Assembly: GCA_973895155.1 (NCBI GenBank)
Contig: OZ316895.1
Span: forward strand, 9,536,184-9,600,183
From: Marsupella aquatica
Taxonomy: Eukaryota; Plantae; Marchantiophyta
Reading direction: 5' to 3'
Length of the DNA stretch: 64,000 nt
A program made the position numbers and the translations under genes. Positions 10,375 to 24,000 of this stretch are shown piece by piece. The notes beneath the pieces were generated by a model. That model saw nothing but the letters and a program-made list of their open reading frames with translations. It was not told the origin of the DNA and made no database searches. Every line of letters starts with the position of its first letter. The stretch's first letter is position 1.

Positions 10375-13300
10375 TCAAGCAAAAAGATTAATCCCCCAGA
10401 ATTTCTGCGGGTTGTTGGTTCTTGCTCCTCTCTCGACTCCTTTCAATGCCTGCATGTCTTCCTTACTTAACTCGAAGTCAAAAACATCAATATTCTCCTT
10501 AAGCCTTTCCACTTTGCTGGATTTGGGAATGACCACAATGTTCCGCTGAATACCCCATCGGAGTGCTATCTGGGCAGGAGTTTTTTTATATTTCGAGGCA
10601 AGCTCCTGCACACAAAATAATGCCGTACCCCTTCAGCACAGACATTTTCTCTAATGACTGAAATCGCTGTACAAATTCAAGTTCAAATTGGTACTAGTTT
10701 GGAATCGAAGATACATAGTCCTTCAACAAGAAAGTAAAGTCTGACATATAATTGTGAATGCTTGAATGTCAGCAGTCCCCACGTTGAGAGAAGCTGATTC
10801 TAGTTTATGTGGCAAGGAAAACTAATAGTTGGAAGAATAAACGGACAGACAAAAGTTCAGAAATGATCACGGTGAAAGCTTGAAAGCTCATGCAAAGCGA
10901 GTAACACAGTCAGCATGCAATCACTTCCAGCCAAAGAGAAGAGCTTCAAATAGACACATTAGTTGAGACCGCCAGCATTATCAGAACACCGAAAGACAAT
11001 CTCTTGAACCCGCTTTAGTCACATGTCTATATGAACTTCCAAGGTCTCTTCCTTCAAAACATAAGTTTGATGACGAACCTTTATGACGGGGTCGTCCAAG
11101 GCAGAGACAGAACCAAACCATTCTGTGTTCGCAGCACCACCTCCAAGAGGAGTATGAGCAGTGATCGTAATCCCATGTTTTTGATTGAACTTCACCAAAG
11201 ACTCTCTTTGAAAGTAAGGATGTGTCTCAATTTGGTTTACAGCAGGCTTGATCTTCGAATAGGCGAGAGCATCCCGCGTCAGAAATATGTCATAGTTGCT
11301 GGAACATTCACCACAAGCTATTACCATACTGATTTTAAGGTGCAACAAATCAAAAGAATCGAAAAGCAAACGATGGCACAATGCAAATGTCGAATCCATC
11401 AATAGTCCTATTTTTGTGGGACTTTTGCTGAGAGAAGAGCGGAAGCTCAAGGACAAAGGTCCAAAACCCAGTTCAAAATGAATCCTTGTCCTCAAAGGGT
11501 TTGTGAGATGCATCAACATACAAATGAGATAAATTGTCTGCTAGATAATCACAAGGCACCACAAGAGAGCATCCTTGCGGAGCTCTATGTTATAGCACGT
11601 AGCGTGAAGCACAAGTCCATGAAAAGATTAAGTTTGGACGATAAAGATACGCAAATACTAAGTCGAGACAGGAGTAACAGGAGTCGGCAGTAAAATCTCT
11701 ACCTGATGCCAATGCTGCGGACAAGCCCAGAAGCGACTAGATCCTCCATAGAATGCCAAACAGTCTCCAAAGATACTGTCACATCGATGTCCAGCACGCC
11801 ATCTTCGTCCAGTGCACTAGCTGTTGTGCCCACTCCTGCAACACCGATCCTTTTTTAGTCTAACGTCCACTATGAACTACCCGGAGTAAGCCTTAGCAAC
11901 GGAGCTCAATTTAGCGCCTGGAGGTCAACTAAGAATCTCTGGCCAAAGAAATCGAAAGTACTGGAATTGCAACTGTAGTATATGCAAATCGAAGCGAGCA
12001 ATAACACTTGTCCCCAAGAAATGGCAAGGACTCTTACAGCACCAACCGACGAAAGAATATCTAACGGACCTGTATGTTTGGTAGACACTGGGAAATGCAC
12101 CAAATAAAGGTCCAAGTATTCTAGCTGGAGGTTTTTCAAGCTGCAAACCGCTGCCTCCCGAACATGCTTATGATCTGAATTCCACAGCTGTCATTATCCA
12201 TGTGCAACGAAGTACTGAGTTGGTATTCCGAAATCTGAATGTAAAGCAAATGTACGGAGCGCATCGACAGACTTTGTGGAAACTTAATATCTGATCTAAA
12301 AATTGGCCCTAAGTCCATGTAGATATGAAAACTTTGCTCTACACAGGTCTCTAGGGAAACCTCTGTCCTGTGAACCCTCTAGTGCTAGTAAGTTTTTAGC
12401 ATGTGGAGAAAAGTAGCTGAGCGTACAAGCCTACAGAAAGTAAATGCAGAGGAGAAAACCTTGGTAGTAATGAAGAGGTCCTCCCGCTTCGCCAGGCCTT
12501 TAGCTATGCCTTCCGCTAATGCAGCTCCAACCTCTTTCTCATTCAGATAATCAGCTGCGACCCACGACTGTGTGAATAATCATCCTTCACAGTGTCCCAC
12601 TTTCGTCCTTTTATGGTTGAAAACACTAACTGAATTGGATAAATTTATGACCACTACTAGTCCAAATCAGGACATAGATAGCAAATATAGAAAAGTTGAC
12701 TCACTATCCCTTACAGAACATTTAACAATATGTCACAATAAAATAACATAAAATAAAATAAAATAAAGCTTTCCAAACCATGGCCAACGATACTATTCAC
12801 CGAAAAATTTCCAACACTCACAAAGTTGCGGTAACAGCCGCAGAAATGTAATGCATTTGACAGTGTACATGAGAGACTCTCAGCAGGCCAGAAACCTCTC
12901 TCATCAACAAGTAATCCATGCAATAAACTCATGAAGGTCCTTCCTTAATCTCACGCGGGTGATGCACGTCCAAGCAATCATCATCATCGTTGAATCACTA
13001 GAGTAAAAGCTGTCGCACCAGCACAATAATCCCTCTAATGAATTGACTAACTCCACCAAGGGTATTGATTCTCAAAGCCCACCATTGTTATGTAAAACAT
13101 ACTGCTCATGAAACCTAGTCCTCTGGTCCACTCATCTGTCGCTATTGAGTCTTGGCAGTAATTGTACATTGTTGCTCCCCACCAATGACGTCCCCATGAA
13201 CTTTACCTTCAATTTTCTCAGAACACAAGCATGCAGAGGACACTGCTTAGACCACGGATGACAGGGCGTCTTTACATATATTGCAGCTCATTGGCAACCA

Positions 13301-13581
13301 ACCCACATACTCGTCCCACAACCTTGGCAGTGAAGAATTCTATTAACTTTGCAAGCTACATAGATATGCCAACGAATTGGCACAGGTTAGGATGCATGCG
13401 TCGCGAACTAAGTCGACCCTCCACGTCTTCTTTCCTTACCAGCGCAGTCAAAATGACGGTATCCTAGTCGCAGAGCTTCCAGAAGAAGATCATGAACGCT
13501 CTCCCCTGCACGCCATACGCCCAATCCTACAATCGGCATCTTGTGTCCATTATTCAGAGTGATACTTGTCTGGTGCGCCAT
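10375..13581 (-). CDS. Aldo-keto reductase, AKR2-like (S6PDH/M6PR type); exons 13581-13440, 12554-12460, 12187-12070, 11835-11703, 11298-11079, 10605-10375
   Basis: GT-AG introns join [59 protein letters not shown] and VIPKS. Confidence 0.9.
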
Positions 13582-14994
13582 CTTGCTTGCCTCTTTTCCC
13601 TCTGAACCGCCAACACTTAGCCTCTCCTCCTTCAGCTGTGAAAATACCTGTACACCAGATTCCCTGATGAGAACTCAGCAAGACCAGCGCCTTTCAGTCT
13701 ATTATGCGTTACAACGCATCCAACACTCTTGATAAAACTACTGACGTTGTGAAGCGATCAGACAGGTGGGCAGCTACTGACTCTTGTGCTCCTTCCCGGC
13801 CGAAGCAAGGAGGAGGAGTGCAGCCGGGTCGGAGAAACAGAGCGGTTGTTGAACACAACACAGGAGATCTTTCCAGCAGTAGCGACGCTATGATGATGCC
13901 AAGAAGGATAGCAAGAAGGGACGGGAAGGTTGCCGCGAATGCATTGTGGCAGCAGCTTCTTGTGGGCACCACGAGAAGAAAGAAGAGAGAGGACAGCAGC
14001 ACTGTGGCGAGCACCACAGATTGAATCCATTGCCCGCATTCACCAATTGTTGTCCTCTGGACTCTGGTACATTCAAAAACGACAGAAGCGAGCTAGACGA
14101 CACAAATCAAACCCACCCAGAATAGAGAGCTACAAGAATTGCCAATTAATTAACAAGCAAGCGAGTGTGAATCACTCAACCGGAGTAAAGAATAGGAGCG
14201 TTTGAGCGTCACCTCAAGGTTTTCGAAACTTGAAGACAGAAATGGCAATCGATTTGATGAAAGATAAACGCAAAACGAGCATTCCGTGGAGCTGGAAGGC
14301 AGTATATGCCACAGTATCCCCTGCTCTAGACTGCATGGGTTCAACTCATCTGCCCACATCAGCTGCCGCACCTGACTCAGATCCCACGTCCAAGCAAGAT
14401 TTCAAGGGTCATCCACCAATCTGGTTTACCCATCTGGCAAGTTGTGGTACCCTTGTAAAATGGTCCAGTTACAGTATTCTGGTGGGTAAGGGGTTCCTAA
14501 GCACAGGGTGAAATCTAGGATGGTTGGCGACAAATAGTTGCACGTACCATACGTACCTACCGTACTAGTGTAGATTGAGGTTAGCCCCTAGAACACGGCT
14601 CCCGTTGAAGTAGGAGAGTCACAAACCCAATCATGGTAAGTGCCAAAAATATATCTTTGTGATGTATCTTCTAGTAATATTCTAGGCATCTTGGTGTAAG
14701 CACTGACTTTTCTTAGAATAAGTATTTTACAATTGTTATTATGTAAGTTTAGATTTGTCTTATGATAGTCTTTTCTTAGTATTTAATCCATTCCATATTG
14801 GAGGTAAACCCCTTTATGAATTTTTTATTTGTAATCTTGTACATGTATCCCCTTTATATGACTTTTGCAACTTTTTGCTTTCTCAAAAAGTTGCAACTTT
14901 TTGCTTTCTCAAGGTGCAAAGTTCAACTCTGAGTTTGCAAAACCACGGGAGTTTTTTGTAATGAGGGGAATTGCAAACATTCATTCTGAAATGT

Positions 14995-15330
14995 GTGATC
15001 CATTGGAATATTATTATAAGAATATGCTTTAATAATTACTTTCACAAAAGAATTTATTTATTAGATATTTTCACACTCCCATCTAACAGAGGATAGACAG
15101 GATAGACATCATGCTCTGGAGCATGCAATTCTATGTAAGCTAGGTAGCGGGTAGCCACAAGGGGACAATACCTCGTGATCCATTGGAATATTATTATAAG
15201 AATATGCTTTAATAATTACTTTCACAGGAAGAATTTATTTTCACAGGCCCATCTAACAAAGGATAGACATCCTGCTCTGGAGCATGCAATTCTATGTAGG
15301 GTAGCAGGTAGCCGCAAGGGGACAATAACC
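14995..15330. repeat. ~180-bp tandem duplication in AT-rich intergenic DNA
   Basis: GTGATCCATTGGAATATTATTATAAGAATATGC... starts at both 14995 and 15175. Confidence 0.8.
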
Positions 15331-16506
15331 CGGGATCCGATAGAGACCCTGACCAGGAAGGAGAGAGGATAAAACCAGTGCCCCAAAGCGGGTCAGCCAG
15401 GGGTTGAGTTTATAATCAATACTCTCACCACTACACACCTCTTCCGCCCCGCTGCACCCCCCACCCCCCCCCCCCCCCCCCACACACACACATACCCTCC
15501 ACGCCCCTTGCGTGTGGAGGGAGGATTCCAGGGACCTCTGGGTTATAGGCTCATCCTTTGGCCAGCTGACCAAAGCCAGTTGGTTTCATTCACAAGAAGA
15601 AATGATTGTTCCTTTATGGGCAACGCAACAAGGCCACTCCGGCATTTTCTGACTTAATTAAACCACCACTGTCCACATAAAAGGAGAAGTGTCCAATACT
15701 TCTCACTTTTTCACATTCTTCTCCTATAGGGTGAGACTTTGCTCCACAGTTTCAAGAAAAAAGGTCTAAAAATGGTGAAACCTGGTGGATTCAGGTTTTG
15801 TCAAGGACAGTGGCGCTTTAAGAGCTGGGTTTAAGAGTCCACCAAGATGTCATTGGGACTCAATAGAGCGCTCTCACTGCCGCTCATCACAGGTTCTTAT
15901 TGGGTGCATGTCAGAGTATGTGTCACTGACATACAAAGAACACCACCTCACCACACAGCACGGCGTAGTTGGGACCAAAAAAGAGGCAATTTAGCAAAAG
16001 CTCTTGGAACAGCAGCTACCCAAGCTCATTTTGGACACGCAGCAACAACAAGAGGCAGGGTAGTTTTCAAACAGAAGGAGGAACAGCAAGTGTTGGGGAG
16101 GGAGCAAAAATAGGGAACGTCAACATTACACACAGGAAATGTAGAGGGAGGTGAAACATTGTGCGGGGACAATTACTCAAATTATCTCCTGATTGTGTGC
16201 TGCTGTTTCAATAACTTTCCAAGTTGATCTCCTATGTGAAGTTGTTTTCCATTGCTCAAAGACTTAGTCAGAAACACTTGATTTAAAGGGATGCTCTCTT
16301 GAATGACACAACTGCATCCAGCTATTTTTGGATTGTACTAGCCCTGACTACCCGTTCTTTGAACAAGAATAGAAGGGAGGGTGTCATGCGCATACACATC
16401 GCTACACGACATACATCGTTTGTCACACACATCCAAACATATCCACAATGCAGCATCACAAACACAAGAGTGGAATACAAGTGGAACTCATGTCCACACA
16501 TGTCCA

Positions 16507-18124
16507 CACTAGTACAGAATTCACCCTTAATCCAATTCTCCTCAAATCAGACCCCTTCGGCGGATTGTTGCAGTTTTTACCAATGTTCTGATTGAAGTCG
16601 CATCGTATCATCCAATCCCCAAACAATCGGGTTAGCGTTATCGGACCGAGATTGGACTTGTCCAATTAAACTAGTATCGGAAAGACACATTCAATTCAAA
16701 AGAAATGGCAAACAATTGTCCAATTATGTGAGAATGGCATGACCATTTCCAAGTACTTCGCAATCGGAAACTATTGTGCTATTGTACTACAATGGGACAG
16801 GGGTCCCAATTAGAATCAAATCAAAAATTGAAGTGCGATTACCCCAATCGGTGGCCCTAGCGCTGCCCCGGCCTGATCCTACTCCTCTACGGGTTGCATA
16901 TCACTAGCTAACTGGTGTATTCTTTTGTGTGAGGCTTCAAGTCTTAGCCAGATTGTGGGCTACTAGAGAAGTCAGGTCACCCATCCCAAACACTATTCCT
17001 CTCAATAGGTGCTTAACTTCCTAGTTCTTAGCTCTTGCGTTGTACATGCAACCTTAGGCACATTTGATGTTTCTTATAGAGTGCCTTGGGTTTTTATACA
17101 CCTCTGAGTTCATTTAGATCCACAGTTTGGGCCAATTCTTGATGAATTCTTGCGTATCATGACATTGGGTTGCGTGGTCAATTATGAAAGCTCTATGTTG
17201 ACCATATGGGAACAAATTTACCTATCAATGTTAGATCGCCAAACAAACCAATGTCCTCCTCAAATTGCTACAATTCCTTTTGGGGCGTGGTTAAGTTCAT
17301 TTAGGGATACAATATATATAGAATTTTGACCTAGATGACAATGAAGACAACTGTTTTTGTTGACCGCAAGAATTTTTTTTCATCGAGTCAAAAGGCTTTG
17401 ACTTACAATTTAACGAAAACTTTTGGTAACCATTATAGGGTAGTGCATTGTAAAGATAGGAATGGCCATTGGCATAAGATTTCTCATCCTAGGAACACAG
17501 ACTACAAAGGCTATGCTACACATGATTCAAGACCGGTCAATACTTTCCATGAGCAAATGAGGGATGACGCCCTGGCCTTGCCAAAGGTTCCAATTCTAAA
17601 TGAATCGTAGACACACTTCCAATTCCCAAAGAGTTGGACCACAAAGTCCATTGCACCAACAATTGGACCAAGACCTCATTGTATTTGTATTGCAAATATG
17701 AATCCCATTGCCTACCACTTGGAAACAATTGTCCAATCCTGAAAACCTTGGAATATCCAATTCCATGCGCATTGAAAACTTCCAATTTGTATTGAATGGC
17801 AACTTCCAATTCTAATTTGATCGGAAAACGTGCTTACATTTTTCTTTGGAAAGGGGTTCCAATTCATCTAGCATTGGAGAAGAATCGGACCAAGCGGTCC
17901 AATTGTTTCTGGCTTGGACAAACAATCCAACTTTTCCTACATCGATCGTAGTGACGGCCCGTTTGTGATTGGGTTGGAATGGTGATAGTCCGATTCTAGT
18001 TTAATGGCAAGGTCCGATACACGTTGGCTTGGACGGTTGGATCGTACATCCAATTAGAATAGAATCGGAAACCTTGGCATCATCGGAAAGTGAGAATCGG
18101 ACTAGGCCCCAAAATGTACTAGTG
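16507..18124. mobile_element. Non-autonomous CACTA element
   Basis: TIRs CACTAGTACA / TGTACTAGTG, 3-bp TSD CCA (16504-16506 and 18125-18127), and subterminal AATCGGA/TCCAATT repeats. Confidence 0.9.
16975..17028 (-). other. Degenerate 5S rRNA-like fragment (Pol III box A/box C region)
   Basis: The minus strand reads AGAACT...AGTTAAGC...GGATGGGTGACC with plant 5S spacing. The 5S ends are absent. Confidence 0.55.
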
Positions 18125-18311
18125 CCAAAACCCACAATCGCCCCCCTAGCTGGGAGTAAGGTCCCCTAACTCTAGCTAGCCATGAGTTCTACAAGGCTGA
18201 TATACACCTTTTTAAGTGTGAAGATCAGGAGGTCAGGTGCAAGTGAGCCCCATCAATCACCTTCCTGCAATCCATATCGACCAAGAGAACACAAATGATA
18301 ACTAGTCGGCT

Positions 18312-18603
18312 TCACCGACACTGAGGACACAACCATGATCCACTAGGAATCACCTGCAATGATGGTGTCAAACATGACATGTGCCATCCTCCAGAACACT
18401 TATCACAAATCAACATGGTAGCTGCTCCCTGAGCAGATCCACACAACATACATTTCAAGCCAGCGCGAACATGTGTCAGGCTTGGATCTACTGTACCATC
18501 AATGTTGGGAAGGTGACATGGTACACAGTTGCGCACATGATCCTTCCAAACCATACCATCGCGTCCCTCCAACATCAGGACACCAGAAGGCAACACTTCA
18601 CGC
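18312..18603 (-). pseudogene. Integrase C-terminus with PHD finger
   Basis: C4HC3 pattern CMLC...LICDKCSGGWHMSCL...WLCPQC. Confidence 0.85.
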
Positions 18604-19047
18604 TATCCAAGTGACCGTATTTTCTGGTAAGAGCATGTTGGCTCTTATAAAGTCAACCTTGCATGCCCATAAGTTCTACACTAAAACCAAAATGATAACT
18701 CTTGTAAGAAGGGTTGTTGGTATTAAGAAAGGTTCAGGTGAAACTAATATACTATTAAATCCTACTTCACCATACTTGCGGATCAATACATCTTGGAAAC
18801 TAATTTTTCTATGACATACAATCCTAATATCTCCAAGAGAAAATGAAATAGGAATGTCATCTTGACTCCTATTTAGATCCATGACTTCAATAAAGAACAA
18901 AGATAATGCACTCCACTCCTCTCGGTAAGACACCACTGGGTATACTATTGACTCATTAGAACTCATAACAGCAGTTGCAAATTGAGCTCCAAAGTGATAA
19001 GTTAAATTTTGCCTCATGGATGGCTTGTCTAAAAGATGGACTCTAAC

Positions 19048-20540
19048 AGTGGTGAACCTAGCCACCCAACGCCCTCACCAATCCCAATACTTGCGCCTAA
19101 GTGCCTTTGGTGCCCGAACGCCTCCACGGAATACCTTGAGCAAGCATCCAAGTGCCTCTAGCACCACCTGCGGCCCCTCTCCATACGAAGCCGCACTTGC
19201 TCACCTACACGACCGCTACTCAACGGTCCTCATTGTCTGCACAAGCAACCAAGCACCTCGGTAAGTAACCCCTCTAGATCTAGAACTCGCCAAGTCTAGC
19301 ATCCTAACTCAAGCTCAACAGACATTGGTAAATAGGTCAGTGATAGGTCCTCCCGATGCCATAAGCCGGAACCAAAACCCACGCCCACTGTCTGTCCAAG
19401 ACAGCTCCTTCCGTGGGCACGGCCCGGGTTCCTCCTTGTACCTATCCATCACCAACTGACCGTCCTGACCTCAGGACATGCTCATGGCCCAAATAGCGTA
19501 GCTTATCCTAAAGCTTGTCCCAAGCTTGTCTCAATACGTTGGGATAGAATGGCCTTGACTCTAATAACCGCTCCCGGTTTGCCCCACTGATGATCTAGGG
19601 ACCGAGCGCCCTTGGGACTCAGCCTCCATACCTACTTGGCCTTGCCTCCCCAACGCAAGCTCCCTTGGGAGGCTGAACGCAGCTTGGCTGCTATTCGGTA
19701 GGATTTGGCAAGCGAGCGAGCTAACACCCGCAAACCACGAGAACCCATGGCACCCTCAGACCCCTTTGAGCTCAAGAGGGCGTAGCCCTCTTCAAGAGAT
19801 TTCTAACGCACCCAAGAAGTCCTCCAACAAACTTCCCGTTGGGAAGATATCGCCATTTCCGTTTGGCGGTTTCCCTTAGTGTCGCGACGGCCGCGGCTCA
19901 TGACTTCGGCTCGGCCTTAGCCCCCAGGTTGACACCACTCCCCTCATATATGCTTCTGGAGACCTGCCACCCCCGGGCCAACTTTGGTCCCTAAACATTT
20001 GGCCCCCAACCCGGATCCCATCGCGCATAATGGGCGCGTCACCAACTGGCAACGCCCATAACTTTCTTGATAGGCATCCGCAAGCAGAGTGCCTTAGCCC
20101 ATTGTGACCGGGCCGACCCAGTGCTCATGCCTAGGCCCTCAGGTCTGATCGCTGCTCGGGGCCCCTGACCGGCCCAACCCGGATCGGGCCACAACTTGCG
20201 CCCCAAGCGTCCGTTGCCAATGGCGTCAACTCCATTGGCCTTGGGCCCAAGAGGAGCTCACTCCCAAGCCCTCAGAACTCAAAGTCCATCCGACGGTCCG
20301 GACGGCCATCCTTGAGCCCAGCCCTTTTGCCTTGACCCAACCAGCCATAGGCCAGTCCAAGTCCTTAGTGTGTGTCCCCAGCTTGGCCCCTTGCCTCGCT
20401 AGTGCCATGTCTCATTGCCCACAAGTCTCCCCGTGCTAAGTCCTCCCCAGATGGCCTATCCGTGCCTGGACCATAAGGGAGCTCGGCGTCGAAGTCAGCA
20501 ACGCCAGAGCTAAGTGTTAAGGTAGTCGAGTTCCGCGACT
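19048..20540 (-). repeat. 3' LTR of the chromovirus
   Basis: Direct repeat of 53483-54976, adjacent to the PPT. Confidence 0.9.
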
Positions 20541-21064
20541 TGCACCCCCCCCGTAAAAATGGTCACGTCCGCGTGACCTTAGTAAACGTTCCAACACGCC
20601 TAGACCACTTTGGGCCTTAAACATTTTATGAGGTAACAAATGGTTTGCCCATAAGGCTGATGCAAACCAGGTTGGTATGTGCATTCCACACTTAGGAAAT
20701 TCCAACCTATCCCACTTATCCAAGTAGGACGCCAGTCCAAACGGGTAAGCTAACTCCAAACTCGTCGGACCCATTGTCTTCCCCTTGGGGCGCTCCCCTT
20801 TGGTTCGAACTAGCCCGCCCACAGATGTAGGGCGAGCACCATCAACTTCCACTCGCAAAAAGCAATTCAAATCAGCCGCCCAACAACCTCTAGCACCAAC
20901 GCAATCCGACTTTATCCTTAAGAGGCCGAGAGGAGTGAAACTAGGATACAACTCACAAAGGTAGCTACAGTTGCCTGTACCAGTTCACAACGGCGGTACG
21001 CCGCTTTGCATATGATAGCTTCCAAGGATCTCTTAGGCATTACCCAAATTTTCTTCCGGCTCCC

Positions 21065-24000
21065 TGTGATGCCTAGATAGGAATCACTCGGCCGGTTAAG
21101 TGGGTAAAGCAGGAAGGCACCCTAGGAACACCTTAGTATAGTGACAAAACAAGGAAAATATAAACAATTAGGGGCAACCATGGAACCCGGGCAGAGGCCG
21201 GAGGTAAGGCTGAGGGTGAAAACCCGATTAGGGTTAGGGCGCGTTAAGCGTCGGCGGCTAGGAAGGATCAACGGGAAGAAGGACCGGCAGAGGAGAGGGG
21301 TAAGGAGCGCTTGCAGGAGATGATGGCTCATTTGCGAGCACGAACTAGGCAGACGACTACGGGAGGCCAACTACTGTCAGCTGCTTAGGCAAGCACTCGG
21401 GGAGAGAGTAGATACGACGATCAACCTAAGGAGGGTATGAGCAACGTCAATCAAGCGGCACATTTCTGGGGATGCCTGTTCGAACGGGCAACTGAGTACA
21501 TCAAGACTTACGAGGACGAGGAGTCAGAAAGGGCAGCTCGAGAACGGCAGGAGCTCGCTCGATTGTGGGAGCTGCAGAAGACGGCTTTCTTAGGAGGCGA
21601 ACTCATCAAGGATGAGTTCTTGTGGACGCCTACTTCCAATCAATTCGACGATCTTCTGTTTTGCAAAGACAGCGTCGTCGGCATCCGAGAGGCCATCAAG
21701 AACTGCAACGACATACACTGGGAATTAAAGGGTAGCACGGAAAGGTGGACCCGGGCAACGGTGCTAGGAGAAACCTCCACGGCAGCAGAGATGAAGAGGA
21801 AGGGAGCCGTCAACGATGAAGCCACCCCGGCAAAAAGAACGAGGTCGGCGGCACCAAAGAAGCCAGCCGAGCAGCAGAGCAGGAGGCAGGGAGAAGCCGA
21901 AGAGGAGGAGGTCGATCCCATCAAGGCCATTCCAACCAGGGATGACACCTGGAAGGGCTGGGCGGCAACCCTACCGGTGGAGGTGCAACTACATTTTGCA
22001 CGGGAGGAGGATGCATGCTTTACGGCCATGCAGACCAAGAAGTACCAAGGCTTCATGGCCGGATCCGGCTTGGAGACCTTTGTAAGATTACCATGGCTGA
22101 AGCCGGAGGTACCGGAGTCAGACCTATTAGAATTCGTGGGGTCATGGGAACCCGAGACCAATTGCACGAGGATATATGGGAAGGATTTCTATCTTACTCC
22201 CAAGGTGATTGCCGAAGTGTTTGGCTTGCCGATGGGCAATAAGACCAAAGTTGATACCAGGAAGACCTTGCCTGACAAGGAGTTCCGGTCGTTCCCCGGG
22301 CCATCAACGAAGAATGGCTTCTTCCGGAACACCTGCACCAACCCGCACATAGGAGAGATGATCGACTTCTTGCGAGTGACCATGCATTGTAACTTGCCGA
22401 GGGCAGAGATCGGCAAGGCACAGGTCTATCTGGCAGAAAGGCCAGACCCAAGCCGGGACTACAACGGGTACCTCCTCAACCAATTGAAGAAGATCTTAAA
22501 GGAGGAGCAGCAGGTAATCGGCATGGGGAGCGTGTCGCGGCTTGGCTATCACATGCCGCTGTTGTGCCGGTATGCCAGAGGTCAGACTTTTGCCCCGGTA
22601 CTTCCCCTGCAGGTAAGGGCACCCGAGGAAGCTCCAACGCCGAGGCCGTTGGCTGAGAAGCCTCAACCACCTGTTAGTCCTACGATCGAGCAGGTGTTTA
22701 GGCCCAGGAAGGAAGACTTGCCGATGCAGCAACCAGGCATGCAGAGTCTGCTGAAACTACTGGAGAAAGAAAAGAAATCGGCATCGGCAACAACAACGGC
22801 AACGGCAACAATGCAGGACACTACTACAGAGGTAGGCCTACACCGGCTCACAAGAGAAAACCCCTTTGCTGGAGACAAGGAGAGAATCAGGCCGGAATCC
22901 AAGCCAGGTGTTCGAATGTACGTGGGAACCTCAAGCTCCGAATCGGAGGCAGAATTGCCTGAAGCTCCTACCAACGAAGAGGAGAGGGAGAAGCCGGACA
23001 TCCAAGAGGTAGAGGAGGCAGTGGAGGACTGCAGCCATGATAATTCCGGCTATGGGTCGGACCATCACGTTCCAGGAGTAAGGACCTGTGGCCGGTTTGT
23101 CCCCACACTTCCAAGGGTAGTGCGAGGGGACCCCAACCAGCAGAGTAGCCCTGAGTCTCCCCCACCAGATGTTGCTCCCCCGAGCTTCGACGGCATAAAA
23201 CAGACGGTGCAGGAATTTCAGGAGCGAATCAAGCAGGAGGAAGAGGCCGCCCTGGCTAAGGAAAAGGATTTACCAGGAGGAGATTGGCCGGAGGACATCA
23301 GGCGGCTAGCCGAAAAAGGAAGCAAACCTCTAGCCACGATTGAAGAGATCCGCAGGACGGCTTGGGAGCAGAGGCCACGATGGGCGATGCCGATCACTTC
23401 TACTTACTCCACCTACGCTAAGAATAGAGCCATGGAGTATGGTGAGATGTGTGGGGAACTTGCGCTCGGCATCTTTGGAGAGGAGTTGGAGGTAGGACCC
23501 TTTTTTCATAGGGAGCAGTTGGAGAAGCACCAATTAGAAGAAGCGGTGGCTTTAGAGAGAAGCAAGAAGGACGAGGTCATTCGGCGGCTTAGGAGGATGG
23601 AAGCCGAGATTGAAGATCTAAGGGCGGCCAAGAAAGCCCAAGATGAACTGCGGATTAAACGACATGAGCTGAACATCATGCAGGGGCAGTTGGACGCCGC
23701 GCAGGCTGATAATCAGAATATCAAGGATAAACTGACTCAGACGCAGGAAGAGTTGGCCGACACGATCAAAGAAAGGGAAAAGTGGAAGCAAGAGCTGAAG
23801 AATACAGAGGAGGCCCACATAACAGCCAACAGCCGGGCCATGGCGGAGACCCAAAGAAAGGAATGGGCGTTGAAAGGGGAGCTCGAAAAAATCCGCGGAG
23901 CCCTTGAGCAGAAGGAGGTCGAGTTAGGGAAATCCTATCAAGGGATTATGGCGCTGCAGCAGGAGCTTGCGTCCCTGACGGCCAGCTTCAAGGCCGACCT

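Larger units (their letters stand above)
15799..18603 (-). mobile_element. 3' part of a degenerate PHD-finger Gypsy element (end of integrase, PHD, PPT, 3' LTR)
   Basis: On the minus strand the PPT AGCTAGGGGGGCGAT is followed by TG at 18136. The coding frame joins 55872 (ILRVR|EVLPSG). The left LTR end at 15799 is a guess. Confidence 0.6.

Noticed and set aside
13704-14205. Cluster of short ORFs upstream of the AKR gene
   Set aside because: No motifs are present, and the position fits a 5' UTR or promoter.
15455-15492. Poly-C / CA tract
   Set aside because: This is a simple low-complexity run.
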